Positions 59,124 through 64,000 of a DNA stretch of 64,000 nt are shown piece after piece (the first letter of the stretch is position 1; each line of letters opens with the position of its first letter). Both the position numbers and the translations under genes were made by a program. Where the stretch lies: positions 1,240,001-1,304,000 of the forward strand of contig AP026123.1 in the NCBI GenBank assembly GCA_030295235.1. Reading direction: 5' to 3'. This DNA is from Fistulifera solaris. Lineage: Eukaryota. A model generated the notes under the pieces. That model had not been told where the DNA came from. It did not search any database and saw nothing but the letters and a program-made list of their open reading frames with translations.

Positions 59124-62083
59124 CTAAAGCGGTGTCATGTGGGTCAGTGCAGCACTCGTTCCGCTTTTCGACAAACTTACAGCACGAGCGTTCGTCCTCG
59201 CACGAGAGTGGTGGAGAAGATCGGCTAACAGAGCGCTTGCTGTTGAATCAGCTCCAGCACTCGGTCCCTGGACTACCAGAGGGTATGTCATGTGTCTATG
59301 AGTGAAGAAACGGACGCATTCACAGCTAGGCGGTGTCACTGCAAAAATGTGATGATCGGGCACTTCAACAAATCTGATGTCAACCTCACTAGTCGCTATA
59401 TCCACACTAGAAATCTGTCTGATAACACAACCCTTTGCCCTAGCTTCGTCTACGCGTTTCTTCACATTGTCATCTATCTCCTGTGTTAAGTTGAGGAAAT
59501 CAGAGGTTTCACCGAGTAACTTGTCGCTTGCCCCAAGGATGTCTTCAGTCTCAAGGTGATGAATTCCAAGCTCTCTGGAAAGAATCATAAGTACACGGGC
59601 AGTATATTCGTTATTCAAATCCTTTGTCGGGTCTTCTTCCATTAGACCCAAATCTATAGCCTCTTTAACGGCTTGGCTAAAGGAGCATTCACTTTGAAAG
59701 TCTGTTGATGGCGAAATGCCATGATTTCCGTCGGAATGTCCTTTGCTTGTCTGCTGGTCAAATGCGCTACAGCGACTTGTATCAGCGGGAGGAGAGACAC
59801 GAAACATGATGTAGGAAAGCGAGACAGAAAAGATGCCATCAACCCGACGAATCTTGTCGCCGGTATGAAGCAGTGTACGCGTGGTATTAATGATAGGCAA
59901 TCCTCCTCCGACAGTCACTTCACGGAGATAATTTGCCGACTGTTTCCCAAAGGCTTTCTCAGCTTTACTTATTTCGTTGCGTTGCTCCTTTGGTCCTGAA
60001 AGTCCAGTATTATTGGCGGTTACAACGTCAACACCCGCGCGAAGCCACGTCGCATGATACTTTCCAACTTCTTCGTCGTTAGTACAATCGAACACGACGT
60101 GATTCGTACATTCATTTCGAAAGAGACGCTCTAACAAAGTTGATATTCCTCCAGGTTTCGGAATGGCTTTATCGCCATCATGGGTGACCTCACTGCCGCC
60201 TGTTACGTTGTTGAAGGATTCCAATGTAATAGATCCAGCGCCGCCATCCACATCTTGTTCCAGGCATATTATTTCACTGCTGCTGCCTTGGTCAAGCACT
60301 GCAACTATTTGCAAGTCGACTTCGTAAGTGTATCGTAAAGCCGTGCGACGTTCTTGCAAAAGCTTGAGCAAGGAATCGCCGAGTTCATTCATGCCAATAA
60401 TAGCCACACGTATTGTGGTGTGCGAAAGGCGGAAAGCAGCGTGCACCGCTCTAAGAGCACGAGCGGAATCTTCCGCGCTCACGACAGCGGATATGTTCCG
60501 CTCAGAGGAGCCTTGCGCAATCGCCAACACATTGATTTTAGCATCCCCCAGGGCAGAGAAGAATCTCCCGGAAACACCTGTTTGTTGCGACATCCCATCA
60601 CCTACGGCTGCAATGACTGAGCAAGGTGCTTTCAAATCAATATTGGTGATTCGATTATTTCGTAGTTCCGTGGAGAACTCTTCTTCAATGGCGATCTTTG
60701 CCGCTTTGGCGTCTGACTCGACAAGCGCGAAAGTAACGGAGTGTTCCGACGACGCTTGTGAAATTAGAATGACGTTCACATTTATGGCTTCTAAAGAACT
60801 GAAGATCCTTCGTAGAATACCACGGACACCTATCATTCCAGAACCTTCAACATTAATAAGAGCCATGTTTTCGATGCTTGTGAATCCGCAAACAGCCTTT
60901 TCCTTGTTCTGCAAAGAAGTCGAACGAGTGAAGATCCGTGTGCCACGAAAACTGGCATTGAATGTATTGCGAATATAGATAGGAATCTGGGGCTCGGACA
61001 TGATAGCCGGTTGCATTGTTTTCGGATGAATTACTTTAGCACCAAAGAAAGCGAGCTCCATTGCTTCATTGTAAGAAACTTCATCGAGAACTTGTGCCAA
61101 AGGCACTCGGCGAGGATCTGCCGACAGCACACCGTCCACATCGGTCCAAATCTGTATACTGTTTGCCTGTAGTAGTCGACCCATAATAGCAGCCGAGTAA
61201 TCTGATCCATCACGTTTAAGAGTGCAGGCGACTCCATGTGTATTCGAAGCGACGTAGCCTGTGACAATGAAATGAAGCATTTTCTCCGTGTCGTCGCTGC
61301 TTCCTTGCTTTGCTTGAAGCTCCTCCTTGGCTTGCTGGAACACAGATTCAAGTTTTCTTAATGATTCGTCCCAAACGACTGCTCCATCCTGGACAGCTTC
61401 ATCTTCGTCAATGGTGATGACGCGTCGTGCATCCAAAAATACAAAGTCGTGATGGACCTCGCTCACAAGATCTTGCAAGGCATCCGCCGACACCACCTTT
61501 ACTTTGTTGGCTCGTTGATTGGATCGCTTCTGCAACAAAGCAGCTAAGATCTGCGCCGACCATACTTCTCCAAATCCTGAAACTAATTCACGAATGCGTT
61601 CGGCCTCCCACTTCATGAGCGACACTGTCTTGAGAATATCACTCACGTTGGCAAGATCTTGCTGTACAATACCCAGCAGTTTGTCGCGAGTTTCGGGCTC
61701 ATCCTGGAACAGAATCCCTAAGCACTCGTCGTGCTTGCGCAAGACGAGTGTGATGCATTCCTCTTGGGGAGCTTGATCACGCTTGGCGGCATGCTTGACG
61801 GAATCGAGCAAAGATCCGTGACTTTCGGCTTTCCACCCATGGCCGAAACGACGACTGCGAGATGACAATCTGTATTACCAAGCGATGATGACAGGGATAC
61901 GTCGCCGTTCGAATCGGAAATCCCCAACTGATCTTCGACGATCCGAGCTGCTCGAAGGAAGCATTCAGCATTTGCGACAGAGGTTCCGCCGAACTTGTGA
62001 ACTTGCCATTTGAGGCCATCAAACCCAACGTACGACTGTTGACTCGCATCTTCAATCGAAACAAGGCGCGACGAGGACGACAT
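59124..62083 (-). CDS. thrA: Bifunctional aspartate kinase / homoserine dehydrogenase; frameshift ~61810
   Basis: VHKFGGTSV, VVSAMGGKPKVTD, TLKRDGSDYSA, WTDVDGVLSADPR, EAMELAFFGAKVIHP, two ACT domains (ISQASSEHS; IAQGSSERNIS), VVTAN, TVGGGLPI, GPSAG. Confidence 0.95.
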
Positions 62084-62680
62084 TCTTCTGTTCTTATTTC
62101 AGACTATATTTGCATGTAATTTAGACGCCAGAAAGAAGGTCGAAGTAGCGAAACGATTGATGAAGGTTGACGTCGTTTTGTTGGAAGTTTTGCAGGAGCG
62201 AAAAAACGAGTGGATGGAATGTGTCATCGATCCGCTTTCCGCACATATGTCTCAAACAATAATATGATGTGAGGCACCGAGTGGCATTCATTTCACGTTT
62301 CCTGCTTAACCGCGTGTGACGGTGTGACCAGTGACCAGTGACGGTACTGAGTACTGGAGAGACTAGGGACTAAAAAAGCGGTGAGCCACGAGCAACTAAG
62401 CCTTACGAAAAGTAAGGCGTTGGCAGCTTAAGCTTTCTGTCGACTTAGCTCTTTTAAAGAAACAAGAACTTTCATTTGTAGTAATCTCGTAAATCTATCT
62501 GACATTGACGTGTTTCAAAATCAGGAAAATTAAAGACAAGGTCTTTTTGTCATCAAGATTCCTTATTTTCTATTTCCGCAATCTGCTTTGTGTTTTCATC
62601 AGCAATCGCTATGGGTTTTAGTTCGATAGTGATGTTCTCCGCTTCTTTATCATCAATCCCTCTATATCGTGTGTGCCCTT

Positions 62681-63664
62681 TTAGACAACTCCGTCCGGCT
62701 TGTGGGTCAGTTCTATCCATAGCGACAAGAATCGATTCGAATTGTTTTGATTGTTTTCTTCATTGCCGGTGGGCTGCGGCGCACTGCTACGATGTTTACT
62801 TGCTGGTGATCGGACTGTTTCAATCTTTTTCTCTTCGTTTGTATCCTCTTCCTCCATCACCAGCATGTTACGAATTGACATTTTCTTGTCGTTTTCATCA
62901 GAATCATCGTCGGAATCATCGTCCATCTCTTGCGCCGGTTCGTCTCCTCTTAAAGGGTTAGTTCTCGAATTAAAGTACGGCGGTGGATGTTGACTCGGGT
63001 TTTCGTTGCCTGGTATTCGACGCTCGGAAAAGAGTCGCTTTCGCGATACGGGTGAGCGTGGTTGTGGCTCGTCTTGATCATCATTCACCAATGTACTATT
63101 CACGGGAAAGGATTCTGACGGCTGCGATGATAGCATTCCCCCTGTCTGCCTCGATTGAGTAATATATTGTTTCAGAAGGCGATGGTGATGGGTTGGATCT
63201 TGAAGTACTTTTGCTACATCTCCGCTGGGTGGCTTTCGGTGACGCAACAATTCCGCGGTCGATGCCAATTTCCAACTGTCCAAGACGCGCTTTACCTCCA
63301 CAGAATCATTGATGGAAGACGGTTTGCCTATGATCGCCATGCCGTGTCCACCAATGACGTCCAAAGTCCCGACGTGAAAGCAAATGGCGTGTTTATCCCG
63401 GGATACGCCCGACTGACCCGAGGCTACGATATTGCACTGTTTCATACTGACTAAGGTTCCCGTCCGCAATGTTCCATTCAATTCATCGTAGAAAACTTCT
63501 ACAAAGAATTTTTTATCCGACAAAGTGACAACGTTGCTGTTTGGTCGAATCGCAATCACTTGAACGACTTGCGAGGAACGGTCTTGTGGCTTTTTTTGCT
63601 TGTGATACAGCAAAGCTGACACGACACGTTCTTCGATCCACGGATCACTGAGTAAACTTGCCAT
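62681..63664 (-). CDS. Protein with N-terminal TPP1/Est3-like OB fold and disordered acidic tail; C-terminus may continue via a frameshift
   Basis: L..PWI, QVVQVI, VTLSD..FVEV, FHVGTLDVIG...IGKP.SI pattern resembles the TPP1/Est3 OB fold. Confidence 0.5.
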   Translation of the reverse strand: MASLLSDPWIEERVVSALLYHKQKKPQDRSSQVVQVIAIRPNSNVVTLSDKKFFVEVFYDELNGTLRTGTLVSMKQCNIVASGQSGVSRDKHAICFHVGTLDVIGGHGMAIIGKPSSINDSVEVKRVLDSWKLASTAELLRHRKPPSGDVAKVLQDPTHHHRLLKQYITQSRQTGGMLSSQPSESFPVNSTLVNDDQDEPQPRSPVSRKRLFSERRIPGNENPSQHPPPYFNSRTNPLRGDEPAQEMDDDSDDDSDENDKKMSIRNMLVMEEEDTNEEKKIETVRSPASKHRSSAPQPTGNEENNQNNSNRFLSLWIELTHKPDGVV

Positions 63665-64000
63665 TCCTTTCTTTCTTTATTTCTACTTTAAATTGTTATC
63701 GCATTGTGGATTCAATGGTTGTTAATGCTGAGAAGTATTTTCTTTGCAAGCAGCTTTATCACTTGTTTCTCCACGAAATGCATTGCTGCATGAAAGGACG
63801 TTTTTAAAAAATTCTGCCTCTCAGTACAAGTTTCTACGTAGAGCCTACGGCGAGGCAGAATTTTAACGTCGTTTCAGTAAAAAACTTACTACGTACTCCG
63901 TAGCATTTAATCGCGATCGCGTACAACCTACACTTTACCATCATAGTGAAAATGACAGTCGACGATACGGATGCGTATCGACGCAAATAGTTGCGTTTCA

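Noticed and set aside
62314..62356. GTGAC micro-repeats upstream of the aspartate kinase gene
   Set aside because: Too short to distinguish from simple slippage; no support for a regulatory role.

Overview
Gene-dense eukaryotic nuclear DNA, most likely from a pennate diatom. The evidence is short GT-AG introns, bipartite signal peptide + AF-type plastid presequences, a DUF6824 protein and stramenopile-type actin. I can support about 30 protein-coding genes: papain-like protease, ORC3-like, DYRK1-like kinase, two inverted actin copies, two SOUL proteins, plastid RsmD, RLP7/uL30-like, two amino acid transporters, MOB1, an ER ankyrin protein, PCGF, three sulfotransferases, LRAT-like, PrsW-like, a KH protein, formamidase, aspartate kinase-homoserine dehydrogenase and TPP1-like OB. 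Many carry single-base frameshifts, often in homopolymer runs, probably assembly errors. Top finding: a circularly permuted tRNA-Cys(GCA) gene at 57516-57595, with the 3' half upstream of the 5' half, an 8-nt spacer, a BHB-like leader/trailer helix, an upstream TATA-like element and a T-run terminator. Also present: a 5.04-kb piggyBac-like element with 15-bp TIRs, a non-canonical CTAG target site and cargo ORFs; a palindrome-based minisatellite; a ~230-bp tandem repeat whose core hairpin motif recurs in other intergenic regions; and a stand-alone P-type ATPase actuator-domain gene. All product calls come from motif recognition by eye, not database searches.
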